DNA from: an uncultured Actinomycetota bacterium
Lineage (GTDB): Bacteria; Actinomycetota; Actinomycetes; JAFAQI01
Direction of reading: 5' to 3'
NCBI GenBank assembly: GCA_963770565.1
Contig: CAVYQE010000001.1
Span: 1,531,663-1,595,662, forward strand
DNA length: 64,000 nucleotides
The notes beneath the pieces were generated by a model that ran no database searches, was not told the DNA's origin, and was given only the letters and a program-made list of their open reading frames with translations. This document shows positions 48,090 through 59,410 of this stretch, piece by piece (the first letter of the stretch is position 1; every line of letters begins with the position of its first letter). A program made the position numbers and the translations under genes.

Positions 48090-49065
48090 CCACCCGCTCC
48101 ACGGCCTGCGCGAGCACGGCCGCGCCGGCCAGGCTCGGGTGCACACCGCACGTGCCCTTGTCCTTGCCGGACAGCGCGGTCAGCAGGCCGGCCGCACACG
48201 GGTCGCCGTGACCCTGCTGCGAGGCCAACCGGAACTGGTTGTATCCGCTCGCGATCTTCACGCCGAAGCCCTTCGCGGCCTTCTTCAGCGCGCTGTTCAG
48301 GCCCCGGGACTCAAGATTGTCGATCGAGCTGTGGTAGTTCAGCGACCAGTAGCTGACGATCACGAGCTGCCCCTTGTAGTGCGCCTTGTGACGCAGGCCC
48401 TTGAGGATCTTCGTCACGTTCTTGGTGATCGTCGCCTGTAGCGCGGCGAACTCCTTGAAGCAACTGTCGCTCGTCCGTTCGAGGCAGATGAAACCGTCGT
48501 TCGCACCGATCATGAGCGAGACCAGCTTGGTGTTCGGGTGCTTGGTCAGGAAGTGCTCCGCGAACGTCAGCTGAGACTCTGTCGCCCCGGTGTAGGTGAC
48601 GTGGAGCGGGTAGAGCGTGCGGTAGCCGATCGGCGTGGGGTGTGAAGCCCCCTTGTTGAAGCTGTTCTCACACCCGTTGCTCTGGGCCGAGGCGTTGATG
48701 AAGCTCGCCGTCGTCTCGCCCGGGCAGGCGGCGTTGGTCACCTTCAGGCCGAGGTTGGCCGCGACGTCCTCTGGGAAGCCGACGAACGTCTTTGGGCGGT
48801 TGAAGTCCGGCGCGGGGATGCTGTTGGCCTCGCGGTAGCCGAACGGCACCGAGTCGCCGAGCGCGAGGTAGCGCGAGCCCACCGTGGCGGTGGCCGCGGC
48901 CGGGCGAGCTGCGGGTTTGGCGGCAGCGGCCGGTTTCGCCGCCGCGGCATGGGTCGAGGGGATCGATCCGAACGCCGGCGTCAGGGCGGTCGCGCCGAGC
49001 GCGAGGCCGAAGCAGCCGAGAGCTGCGACCCCCGTGCGGGCAAGGCGGCGTGACGTTGATCTCAT
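48079..49065 (-). CDS. Secreted SGNH/GDSL hydrolase
   Basis: Signal peptide with RR; 'YLALGDSV', 'ACPG', 'IGAND', 'VHPS..G'. Confidence 0.88.
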   Translation of the reverse strand: MRSTSRRLARTGVAALGCFGLALGATALTPAFGSIPSTHAAAAKPAAAAKPAARPAAATATVGSRYLALGDSVPFGYREANSIPAPDFNRPKTFVGFPEDVAANLGLKVTNAACPGETTASFINASAQSNGCENSFNKGASHPTPIGYRTLYPLHVTYTGATESQLTFAEHFLTKHPNTKLVSLMIGANDGFICLERTSDSCFKEFAALQATITKNVTKILKGLRHKAHYKGQLVIVSYWSLNYHSSIDNLESRGLNSALKKAAKGFGVKIASGYNQFRLASQQGHGDPCAAGLLTALSGKDKGTCGVHPSLAGAAVLAQAVERVVRK

Positions 49066-49116
49066 AGGTCCTCCTGGCGCAGCGCGGTTACTACCTGCCA
49101 ACGTAGCGTTGACCTC

Positions 49117-49800
49117 GTGAGTTCACCGCCGAACGACGAACCGGTCGAATACCGGCAATACCGTTTCTCCGCGCCGCCGGGTGCGACCACGCTGCTGGTC
49201 GTGCGGCACGGCGAGTCCGCGCCGGTCCGCGAGGGCCAGCCGGTGGACCTACTCGGCGGCCACTCCGATCCGGTCCTCGACCCGGTCGGTGAGGCGCAGG
49301 CACTCCGGCTCGCCGACCGGCTTGGCCGCGAGGCGATCGACGCGATCTATGTGACCACCCTTCGCCGTACGGCGCAGACCGCCGAGCCGATCGCGAAGCG
49401 GCTGGGCCTCACCCCGGTGATCGAGCCGGAGCTGCGCGAGGTCTACCTCGGTGAGTGGGAGGGGGCGGCGTTTCGCAAGAACACCTCCGAGCTGCACCCG
49501 CTCGCGGTGCAGATGTTCAACGAGCAGCGTTGGGACGTCATCCCCGGAGCGGAGCCGACCGAACGGTTTCGGACCCGGATTCGTGCGGGTATCGACCGAA
49601 TTGTCACAGCACACCCCAACCAGCGGGTTGTCGCGGTCGTCCATGGAGGTGTGATCGGGATGATGATGGCTATCGCGACCGGCGCGCAGAACTTCGCCTT
49701 CGTGGGAGCCGACAACGCCTCGATTTCTGAAATCGTCGTCCTCGGCGACCGATGGATAGTCCGACGGTTTAACGACACTGCTCATCTGGAACAGGCTTGA
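49117..49800 (+). CDS. Histidine phosphatase family protein
   Basis: 'VVRHGES', 'LREVYLGEWEG', 'VVHGGVI', 'NAS', 'FNDTAHL'. Confidence 0.9.
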   Translation: MSSPPNDEPVEYRQYRFSAPPGATTLLVVRHGESAPVREGQPVDLLGGHSDPVLDPVGEAQALRLADRLGREAIDAIYVTTLRRTAQTAEPIAKRLGLTPVIEPELREVYLGEWEGAAFRKNTSELHPLAVQMFNEQRWDVIPGAEPTERFRTRIRAGIDRIVTAHPNQRVVAVVHGGVIGMMMAIATGAQNFAFVGADNASISEIVVLGDRWIVRRFNDTAHLEQA

Positions 49801-50966
49801 CGGAGGCTCTGGTGGACCGGGCAACGCACTTGCGTGGGCGCGCGACGGTCGTCGCCGTCGTCGCCGTGCTGGCTGCCGTGGTCAGTGGTCCGGCGCAGGC
49901 CCGGCTCCTGCAGCCCACCAAGCCCAGCCCGCAACAGCAGGCGCTCGCGGCGTACAACCAGATGACCCCGAGGCAGCGGGTCGGCCAGCTGTTCATGGCC
50001 GGGTTGCCGAGCTCGGGAGCGAGCGCGGCGCAGATCACCGCGTTGCTCGCAAAGCGGGTCGGCAACGTGATCCTGATCAGCGGGTCGTCGCGCGGGCGCA
50101 AGTCGGTGCATCGGGTCACCAGCTCGCTCACCGCGAAGCTGGTGCAGGCCGGGGTCAGCCCGTTCATCAGCACCGACCAGGAGGGCGGCGAGGTCCAGCG
50201 CCTGACCGGCCCCGGATTCTCGACGATGCCGACTGCGCTGGTCCAGGGCACGATGACCCCGGCTGCGCTGCGGACCGCGAGCACGACCTGGGGCAAGCAG
50301 CTGGCCGCTGCCGGGGTCGACCTGAACCTCGCCCCGGTCGCCGACATCGTGCCGAAGAAGGACGCGTCGACCAACCAGCCGATCGGGATCTTCGACCGCG
50401 AGTACGGCCACGGGCCGAAGGTGGTCGCCAACCACGTGGTGGCGTTCGTCCAGGGCATGAACGCCGGGGGGGTTGATGCGACCCTCAAGCACTTCCCGGG
50501 CCTCGGGCGGGCGACCGGCAACACCGACACCACCGCCGGGGTGACCGACCCGACCACTCGGCACGACCCGTTCCTCAAGCCGTTCCAGGACGGCGTCACC
50601 GCCGGTGCACAGTTCGTGATGGTGTCCTCGGCGACCTACCCGGCCATCGACCGGCACCACCTCGCGTGCTTCTCCACGACGATCATCAACGGCATGCTCC
50701 GCGGCGACTTGCACTTCCGCGGGGTGGTGATCTCCGACGACCTCGGGACCGTCGCGCTCCGCAAGATCGCGGTGGGCACTCGGGCGGTCGACTTCTTCAC
50801 CGCCGGCGGCACGATGCTGCTCGACACGACCCTCGGCCAGATCCCGACCATGGTTCATGCGGTCCGGACCGCGGAGGCCGCCGACCCGACTTTTGCCGCG
50901 GTCCTGAAGACGGCCGAGCTCAACGTGCTGACCGCGAAGGCCAGCGCACACCTGATCGCCGCCTGA
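49797..50966 (+). CDS. GH3 N-terminal-domain glycosidase (NagZ-like), exported
   Basis: 'STDQEGGEVQRL', 'NLAPVAD', 'LKHFPGLG', 'VVISDDL'. Confidence 0.88.
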   Translation: MTEALVDRATHLRGRATVVAVVAVLAAVVSGPAQARLLQPTKPSPQQQALAAYNQMTPRQRVGQLFMAGLPSSGASAAQITALLAKRVGNVILISGSSRGRKSVHRVTSSLTAKLVQAGVSPFISTDQEGGEVQRLTGPGFSTMPTALVQGTMTPAALRTASTTWGKQLAAAGVDLNLAPVADIVPKKDASTNQPIGIFDREYGHGPKVVANHVVAFVQGMNAGGVDATLKHFPGLGRATGNTDTTAGVTDPTTRHDPFLKPFQDGVTAGAQFVMVSSATYPAIDRHHLACFSTTIINGMLRGDLHFRGVVISDDLGTVALRKIAVGTRAVDFFTAGGTMLLDTTLGQIPTMVHAVRTAEAADPTFAAVLKTAELNVLTAKASAHLIAA

Positions 50967-50979
50967 CCCTGCCGCTCCA

Positions 50980-51067
50980 GCCGCACGCATGGCCCATGCG
51001 TGGGCCTATCGCCCCACCAATGGGCCATGCGTGGGGCTAGGGCCCCACCAATGGGCCATGCGTGGGG
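50980..51067. repeat. REP-like repeat, 3 units at 31-bp period (GCCCCACCAATGGGCCATGCGTGGGGCTA..)
   Basis: Units at 50980, 51011, 51042. Confidence 0.9.
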
Positions 51068-51090
51068 TGACGGCAGGTCCTCGCGGCGGG

Positions 51091-52140
51091 CTAACAGGTC
51101 CCGGGCGCAGCCGGAATCGCCTGGCAGTTCGAGGAGGCGTTGTTGCCGTCGCCTCCCAGGACCGATGCGCCGTTGGCCGAAGCGGTGTTCTCCTCGCCCC
51201 CGCTCACCGTTGCGTCGAACGTGGTGGCGAAGTTGTTGAAGCCGCCCAGAATCGAAGCGAAGGACCCGGATGCGCTGCTGTCGTCGCCGCCGGCGATCGA
51301 TGAACCGCCGCCGGAGGCGTCGTTGAACTGACCACCTGCGACCGACGCGCTACCACCGGAGGCGTCGTTGACCTCGCCGCCGGCGACCGTCGATTCCAGG
51401 CCGGTCGCGGTGTTCTCGAACCCGCCGAGAATCGCCTCTGCATCGGCGATACACGTGCCGGACAGCGACGTGCCGGTGCCCACCAGGTTCTCGCAACCGC
51501 CGACGATGTCGGAGTACACCCCAGCAGCCAGGTTGAACAGGCCGCCAGTGACCGAGGAGTAGGCGCCTGTGGTCTCGTTGTCCCGCCCAGCGATGAAACT
51601 CCAGTTGCCGGCCGCCCTGTTGTTCGCTCCGAACGCGGTCGCGTAGTGGGCGGTCGCCTGATTGGCGAAGCCGCCGAGGATCGCCCCATAACTCGACCAG
51701 CCGTTGTCGGAACCGACGATCAGGTTGTTCGAGCCACTCCTCGGGTAACCCTTCGCGTTCTCGGCGTACCCGACGACCAGGTTTCCCCTGCCGTTGACGG
51801 CTCCGCTGGTCGACCCCGACCCTGACACGATCTGAACGTTGACCCGCGAGAACTCAGCCGTGGGTTTGCCACCCACGCCCTTGGACACGTAGGTCGGCGC
51901 GAGCACGGCGGTCGTACCCGCGTGGCACGACGGCGACGCAGCAGTCCCTCCGGACAGCACCGGCTGCCCGGCCTTCTTCGGCACGCATTCCCATCCGGGC
52001 GTCACCTTCTTGGTGGCTGAGAGCGACGCGGACCCATGGGTGCCTTTCGTGGCGGCGGTGGCTTGCGAACCCAACAACATGCTGGCGACGACTGCACTCA
52101 CCGACACAACGAGGAACGCGGCGGGGACTGATTTACGCAT
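51091..52140 (-). CDS. Secreted protein with ~14-aa Gly-rich repeats (YadA-head/beta-roll-like)
   Basis: Signal peptide; repeats of 'GGxxNxAxGxxSxV/I'; GGAG RBS before ATG 52140. Confidence 0.75.
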   Translation of the reverse strand: MRKSVPAAFLVVSVSAVVASMLLGSQATAATKGTHGSASLSATKKVTPGWECVPKKAGQPVLSGGTAASPSCHAGTTAVLAPTYVSKGVGGKPTAEFSRVNVQIVSGSGSTSGAVNGRGNLVVGYAENAKGYPRSGSNNLIVGSDNGWSSYGAILGGFANQATAHYATAFGANNRAAGNWSFIAGRDNETTGAYSSVTGGLFNLAAGVYSDIVGGCENLVGTGTSLSGTCIADAEAILGGFENTATGLESTVAGGEVNDASGGSASVAGGQFNDASGGGSSIAGGDDSSASGSFASILGGFNNFATTFDATVSGGEENTASANGASVLGGDGNNASSNCQAIPAAPGTC

Positions 52141-52233
52141 CTCACTCTCCTTGACAACAGGGACGACGACCCGGATGTAACCAGGTGGCAATCTTGTGCC
52201 CGAGGGCGCTGGAAAGCCATAGCCGTGGCGGTA

Positions 52234-52300
52234 GCCACACCAATGGCCTATGCGGGTGGCTGTAGCCGTGTGGCTAGGGCCCCGCCAATGGGCCATGTGT
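52234..52300. repeat. Degenerate copies of the same REP-like repeat
   Basis: gccacaccaatggcctatgcgggtggc at 52234; gccccgccaatgggccatgtgt at 52279. Confidence 0.75.
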
Positions 52301-52651
52301 GCTTAGTCCGGCCTGGACCAGCCGGGTCGTCAAGAGGCGACGGACGAGGTCTCGCGGCAGCGGTTGGTCGACCGGAAAGTGCAACGAGCCCTTCGTGTAC
52401 TGGTACGACCCGAGGACGTCGGCAAGCGCGGGCAGTACCGATCCGCTGTGCGGCAGGTAGCTGAGATGGTTCGTGAAGGCGGCGAACCCGGCAATCGTCT
52501 TGCCGTTCACCTTGTACGCCGGCATGCCGTAAGAGATGGTCTCCTCGGCGTCCGGAAGAAGGTCGAGGATCGTGCGCCGTAGTTCCGCAAGCGCTGCCCG
52601 CTTCGGCTGGTCAAGAGTTGCGAGGTAGTCGTCCACGAGATTGCTCGGCAT
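52274..52651 (-). CDS. DUF1801 (YdhG-like) protein
   Basis: 'VDDYLA', 'LRRTI..PDAEETISYGMPAY', 'KGSLHF..DQPLP'; stop lies inside the repeat. Confidence 0.85.
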   Translation of the reverse strand: MPSNLVDDYLATLDQPKRAALAELRRTILDLLPDAEETISYGMPAYKVNGKTIAGFAAFTNHLSYLPHSGSVLPALADVLGSYQYTKGSLHFPVDQPLPRDLVRRLLTTRLVQAGLSTHGPLAGP

Positions 52652-53028
52652 GCACACAAGTGTCTCGCGATCGACCGAGGTTGCGCGGACCCGTTGTGCG
52701 GAATCGGCGCCTGGTGCACGGCGACCGATGTTCTAGGTCCGGAGAAATCGTCGCACCAAGGGCAGGAATGCCTCGCCGTCCCGTCGTCGAGCGCCACGTT
52801 CTCCGAGCCATGGTGCGGCTCGCATCGCAACTACGACTAACGCGGCACATAATCCGAATCTGAGACCTAAGGCGGCCACTTCCAGGCGACCTGCAACGAG
52901 CGCAACTGGGGACGCCGCACCGCAGGCCACGGCAAAGGTGGCAACTGCTGGCAACTTCCGCACCAGCCCACTTATCCCGAGGCTCGTCGCCCTTCTGATC
53001 GCCCACACCCTCCAGTGTCGTCCAGGGT

Positions 53029-53550
53029 CTAGGTGATGGCCAGGTTGAGCATCGTCGCTCCCGGTTGAGGCGAGACCTTGCCGGTCTGCACGGAGACGAG
53101 ACACGCGCGACCTGAGGCCACGTCTGCAATCACGATCCTCGCGTGAACGGAGTTGCTTCCGGTCGCGCCAGCCGGCGGCAACACCACAATACGAGGGAAG
53201 GTGCCGATCAGTTTGATGCGCAGGAGTCGCCCGGAGAGGCACTTGGTACCGGAATTGGAATCAGTGATGATTCCGGCACGAACGACCGCCGAAGCGCTTG
53301 CGATCTTGGCGCCGGCCTGCTTGGCGATCTCTCGCCGAGCGACAACGATGGCCGTCCGTCGTTCGGTGGCAGTCAACGGCTTTGGCCGTACCCGGGTCGT
53401 CTTGCCAGCAGCCGCAGACCGATCGAGGTGCGTTGCCGGGCTTTGCGTGGCGCGTGACGCTGAGTGGCTGGTGTCGCATCCAGTAGCAAGAGCCGCGATG
53501 ACGACCAGTGCGGCTGCGAGCGTCCCGGAGCGCCGCGACATCGCGGTCAT
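53029..53550 (-). CDS. Hypothetical lipoprotein
   Basis: Lipobox 'LATGC' after a hydrophobic stretch; C-terminal part of ORF 53029-54417. Confidence 0.65.
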   Translation of the reverse strand: MTAMSRRSGTLAAALVVIAALATGCDTSHSASRATQSPATHLDRSAAAGKTTRVRPKPLTATERRTAIVVARREIAKQAGAKIASASAVVRAGIITDSNSGTKCLSGRLLRIKLIGTFPRIVVLPPAGATGSNSVHARIVIADVASGRACLVSVQTGKVSPQPGATMLNLAIT

Positions 53551-53600
53551 GTCGGTCTGACGCAGATGACCCCGAACCGGTTCACCCGTCGAGCATCCCA

Positions 53601-53657
53601 GCCACACCGATGGGCCATGCGTGGGGCTATAGCCACACCGATGGGCCATGCGTGGGG
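53601..53657. repeat. REP-like repeat, 2 units at 31-bp period
   Basis: Units at 53601 and 53632, abutting the xth stop. Confidence 0.9.
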
Positions 53658-54476
53658 TTAAAGGTCGACGTCCACGACGACGGGGGCGTGGTCGCTGGGT
53701 CCGGTGCCCTTGCGCGCGTCGCGATCGACGTACGCGTCCTTGACCGCGCCTGAGACCGCCGGGTTGGCATAGAACAGGTCGATCCGCATCCCTTGGTTCT
53801 TGTGGAACATGCCCGCGCGGTAGTCCCAATACGTGTACGGCGTGTCGTACTTCATCGCCCTCGGCATCACATCGCTCAGGCCGAGACCACGCAGCTCGGC
53901 GAGGGCCGCTCGCTCGGGCTCGGTCACGTGAGTGGAGGTGACGAACTGCGACGGATCCCAGACGTCGGCATCGGTCGGGATGATGTTGAAGTCGCCGGTC
54001 GCCACGAACGGGTTGGTGCCTATCTCGGTCGCGAGTGCGTCCTTCAATGCGGCCAGCCACTCGAGTTTGTAGGTGTAGTGCGGGCTGTCGAGGGTCCGCC
54101 CGTTCGGAACGTACAGGGACCAGATCCGCAGCGGGCCGCAGTTGGCACCGATCGCGCGGGCCTCGACCTTGGGCGGCGCCCCGATCAGCGCCGGGTCGTC
54201 CTCGTCCGCCGGCGGGTCGTAGGCGGGCTGCCCGGTGAAGCCGAGCTCGACGTTGCCGAGCCCGACCCGGGACAGGATCGCGACGCCGTTCCAGCGGCCC
54301 TCGCCATTGGCGGCCACCTCGTAGCCGAGGTCCTCGGCCCGCTCGCCCGGGAAGGCGTCGGCCGCGCACTTGGTCTCCTGCAGGCAGAGCACGTCCGGCT
54401 CGGCGAGCTCCAGCCACTCGTTCAGTCGCGGCAGCCGGGCGCCGACGGAGTTGACGTTCCAGGTGGCGATTCGCAT
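53658..54476 (-). CDS. xth: Exodeoxyribonuclease III
   Basis: 'MRIATWNVNS', 'LCLQETK', 'WNGVAILS', 'YVPNG', 'GDFN', 'YTYWDYR', 'MRID', 'SDHAP'. Confidence 0.95.
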   Translation of the reverse strand: MRIATWNVNSVGARLPRLNEWLELAEPDVLCLQETKCAADAFPGERAEDLGYEVAANGEGRWNGVAILSRVGLGNVELGFTGQPAYDPPADEDDPALIGAPPKVEARAIGANCGPLRIWSLYVPNGRTLDSPHYTYKLEWLAALKDALATEIGTNPFVATGDFNIIPTDADVWDPSQFVTSTHVTEPERAALAELRGLGLSDVMPRAMKYDTPYTYWDYRAGMFHKNQGMRIDLFYANPAVSGAVKDAYVDRDARKGTGPSDHAPVVVDVDL

Positions 54477-54482
54477 CCCTTC

Positions 54483-54504
54483 ACCCTAGAAGTGCGCGAC
54501 GACG
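54483..54504 (-). promoter_or_regulatory. PafBC-like promoter variant CGTCGT-N10-TAGGGT, leaderless
   Basis: Minus strand cgtcgt cgcgcacttc tagggt, 6 nt before ATG 54476. Confidence 0.6.
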
Positions 54505-54532
54505 GTTCGTGCGGCCTCCTATCGTTAGGGCG

Positions 54533-55558
54533 ATGGCGGGCGAGGCGGACGTGGCCGACGCCGACCTCGCCGCGCTCCCGAAGGCGCACCTGCACCTGCA
54601 CTTCACCGGCGGGATGCGCCACGGCACCCTGATCGACCTGGCCAAGCAGGCCCAGGTCTCGCTGCCCGAGCGCCTGGTCGAGTCCGAGGTCGACGACTGG
54701 CGGCTGCTCGGTTGGCCGCGGTTCCAGCGCTTGTACGACGTGGCCCGCAGCGTGCTTCGTACCCCGGCGGACATCGACCGGTTGCTGCACGAGGTGGCCG
54801 AGGACGAGCGCTCGGCCGGGTCGCGGTGGCTCGAGCTGCAGGTCACTCCGACCGGCTATGCCACCCGCCTCGGTGACGTCGTGACGGCGGTCGAGGTCTT
54901 CTGCGCGGCGGCGGCGAAGGCCGAGGCCGCGACCGGGGTCGGTATGCGGCTGATCATCGCGGCGAACCGGACCCGGCCGCCCTGGGAGGCCGAGCTGCTG
55001 GCCCGGCTGGCGGTCCGCTACGCGGCGTACGGCGTGGTGGGCTTCGGGCTGTCGAACGACGAGCGGCGCGGCCTGCCGGAGGAGTTCGCGAAGGCGTTCC
55101 GGATCGCTCGGGAGGGCGGCCTGGCCGCGATGCCGCACGCCGGCGAGCTGCTCGGGGCGGACTCGGTGGCCCGGACGGTGGCCGCGCTGTCGCCGGCCCG
55201 GCTCGGCCACGGCGTCCGCGCGGTCGAGGACCCGTCGGTGCTGAGGCTGCTCGCCGACCGGGGGATCGCCTGCGAGGTGTGCCCGGCGTCCAACGTTGCG
55301 CTGGGCGTCGTCGCCGGACCCGAGGCGGTGCCGCTCGCAGCGCTCGAGTCCGCCGGGGTACCGGTCGTCCTGGCCGCCGACGACCCGCTGCTGTTCGGTG
55401 CCTCGCTGCTCGACCAGTACGCCGTCGCGCGCGACCACCACGGATATGGCCGCGAGGACCTGGCCAGGCTCGCCCGCGCCTCGGTCACGCACTCGCTGAT
55501 GCCGGCGGACGACGCGGCCCACATGATGACCGACATCGCCGAGTGGGCCGCCACGTAG
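54533..55558 (+). CDS. Adenosine deaminase family protein
   Basis: '[12 protein letters not shown]', 'PHAGE', 'RLGHG', 'EVCPASN', 'ADDP'. Confidence 0.9.
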   Translation: MAGEADVADADLAALPKAHLHLHFTGGMRHGTLIDLAKQAQVSLPERLVESEVDDWRLLGWPRFQRLYDVARSVLRTPADIDRLLHEVAEDERSAGSRWLELQVTPTGYATRLGDVVTAVEVFCAAAAKAEAATGVGMRLIIAANRTRPPWEAELLARLAVRYAAYGVVGFGLSNDERRGLPEEFAKAFRIAREGGLAAMPHAGELLGADSVARTVAALSPARLGHGVRAVEDPSVLRLLADRGIACEVCPASNVALGVVAGPEAVPLAALESAGVPVVLAADDPLLFGASLLDQYAVARDHHGYGREDLARLARASVTHSLMPADDAAHMMTDIAEWAAT

Positions 55559-55569
55559 CCTGGGATGTC

Positions 55570-57431
<1,862 letters not shown>

Positions 57432-57437
57432 GGTCCA

Positions 57438-57494
57438 GCCCCACCGATGGCCCATGCGTGGGGCTATAGCCCCACCAATGGGCCATGCGTGGGG
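57438..57494. repeat. REP-like repeat, 2 units at 31-bp period
   Basis: Units at 57438 and 57469, between convergent stops. Confidence 0.9.
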
Positions 57495-57495
57495 T

Positions 57496-59337
57496 CTAGC
57501 GGTGACAGCCGGCGTGGCCGTAGAAGTTCTGGCCGGCCAGGTTGGGGCCGGTGATGTGCGGGTGCGCGGTGCCACCACCCTTCGGGTAGGCGGTGTCGAA
57601 CCACTGGTGGAAGAAGCTGGCGAGTCTCGGGCCGCAGCCACTGGTGCTGTGCGCCGGTAGCCAACTGCGGAACGCCGACTCCAGTTGCGGCTCGGTGATG
57701 CTGGTGCCGCCATAGGTGCGCTGGATCTGTCGCAGCGCCTGAACGAATCGGATGTGCCCCAGGATCTGGCGTAGCGCGATGTACGCCGCAGCCGGTCGCA
57801 CGTACGTCCCCGCCGTGGCAAACAGCGAGTGCGGGGTCGGGTTCGACGGTGCGGAAGCCCAGAACGCCCCGCCGGCCTTGTAGACCGAGGCGAAGTCATC
57901 GCGAAGCGAGGCCTCGAACGCCTTCTGCCCAGCCGGTGAGGTCGGCCCGCCGTGGCCGGTCTCGGCGGTGCGGGCCGCGTACAGGAACTCGCCGAGCGTG
58001 GCCATGCCTTCCTTGAAGAAGGTCATGGAATAGCTGCCTTCGGAGACGTTGTCGCCCCACCACTGATGCATGTTCTCGTGGTAGAGCACATCGAGATTGG
58101 TCTGCCCGCCCGCGAAGGTGATCATCGTCTGCATCTCCTCCTCGAAGCTGGCGTCGGGGGTGCCGACGACCACTCCATCGGAGGTGAACGGGTAGGCCCC
58201 GTTGAACAGGCTTTCGTACTGCGTGATGTCCTGCTGCTGGCCGATCACGGCGGCGTTCTTGGCTCGCTGTTTCGCGGAGATCGCGGCGTCCTGCACCTCG
58301 TAGTAGTGCACGCCGTTGTCGGCGGTGCGCTCGGAGAGGTCGAAGTTGCCGACGCTGCTCTCGACCAGATAGCTCGCGATCGGCGCGGCCGAGCGCCAGT
58401 GCCACGTGGTCGACCCGTGCGGGAAGCCGTTGCCGGCCGGGTGCCCCGTCTTGGAAACTAGGATCCCGTTTGCGACTGCGGTCTTGCCGGCGTTCACGGT
58501 CTCGTGGAAGTCGTACGTCGGCTTCGCGGTGGGGTAGTCGTTGAGCGGCATCCAGTCCTCGGTGCCGACCGGCTCGGTGGTGACGAAACCGCCGTCCGGT
58601 GCGCGGAACCATCCCTCGGTGGTGCCGTCGCCGTCGTTGTGGACGCCGGGCCGGCCGGTGTAGTCGACAGCGACGGTGAACATGCTCCCGGCCGGGATGT
58701 CCGCGCTGGGTGTGATCACGAGCTTGTTCGCCGGGCACAACGATCCGTTCAGTGCCTTCGCGTCGGTCTTCGTGCTGGCAAGCTCCGGTGAGCAGGCGGG
58801 CGGCAGCGGGTTGTGGTGCGGCCCGCCGACCGGGTCGGTCTGCGACGCCTCGTGTGCGGTGCGACGGGGATCGCTCGGCCCGCGCGGATCGCCCGGGAAG
58901 ACCGGGCGGGCGAACCGGAACTGCGCCGCCTTGCCGTTGACCGTCACAGCGCTCACGGTGAGGTCGGGACCCTGCGTGTGGTTTCGGGAGTGCCGTTCGA
59001 AGTCGAGGCTGAACGACGTGAGGCACTGCGTTGCGCGGTCGACGATGACGACGTGGTTGCCGCGCAGGAAGCGGTTCCTCGTGGCGTTGTAGACCAGGTC
59101 GACCCTCGTGTGCAGGCTGGTGTATCCGCCGTTGCCGGTGTCCGGGTACATCCGCGACCCCGGGCGCGAGAGGGTCCGCGCACCGGGCCCGCACCGGGCC
59201 GGATGGACGGCGCTTGTGGTCGGGCTGGACCGGCCCCGAACCGGCGCAGTCGCCCCGACTGCCGGCGCGGCGCCGATCGCGACCAGCGCGACGACGAGCA
59301 GCGGAACAAGGCGGGCACCGCGCCGGCCGCTCGTCAT
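57496..59337 (-). CDS. Secreted M1-family zinc aminopeptidase
   Basis: Signal peptide; 'YPDTGNGGY', 'WMPLNDYP..K.T', 'HENMHQWWGDNV' (HExxH), 'FFKEGMA'. Confidence 0.88.
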   Translation of the reverse strand: MTSGRRGARLVPLLVVALVAIGAAPAVGATAPVRGRSSPTTSAVHPARCGPGARTLSRPGSRMYPDTGNGGYTSLHTRVDLVYNATRNRFLRGNHVVIVDRATQCLTSFSLDFERHSRNHTQGPDLTVSAVTVNGKAAQFRFARPVFPGDPRGPSDPRRTAHEASQTDPVGGPHHNPLPPACSPELASTKTDAKALNGSLCPANKLVITPSADIPAGSMFTVAVDYTGRPGVHNDGDGTTEGWFRAPDGGFVTTEPVGTEDWMPLNDYPTAKPTYDFHETVNAGKTAVANGILVSKTGHPAGNGFPHGSTTWHWRSAAPIASYLVESSVGNFDLSERTADNGVHYYEVQDAAISAKQRAKNAAVIGQQQDITQYESLFNGAYPFTSDGVVVGTPDASFEEEMQTMITFAGGQTNLDVLYHENMHQWWGDNVSEGSYSMTFFKEGMATLGEFLYAARTAETGHGGPTSPAGQKAFEASLRDDFASVYKAGGAFWASAPSNPTPHSLFATAGTYVRPAAAYIALRQILGHIRFVQALRQIQRTYGGTSITEPQLESAFRSWLPAHSTSGCGPRLASFFHQWFDTAYPKGGGTAHPHITGPNLAGQNFYGHAGCHR

Positions 59338-59410
59338 GGCACCACTCAACCAGAGTCTCCCGGCCACCGCACGGTCCGTGCAGTCGAGGGCGGGGGATAC
59401 GGTCGGGGCA

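Noticed and set aside
50989-51303. Short ORFs with MGHAWG / PHQWAMRG peptides (also near 53464 and 57454)
   Set aside because: Translations of the DNA repeat, not genes
52660-53028. ORFs 52611-53129 and 52733-53242
   Set aside because: No recognisable motifs and atypical composition; probably decayed sequence
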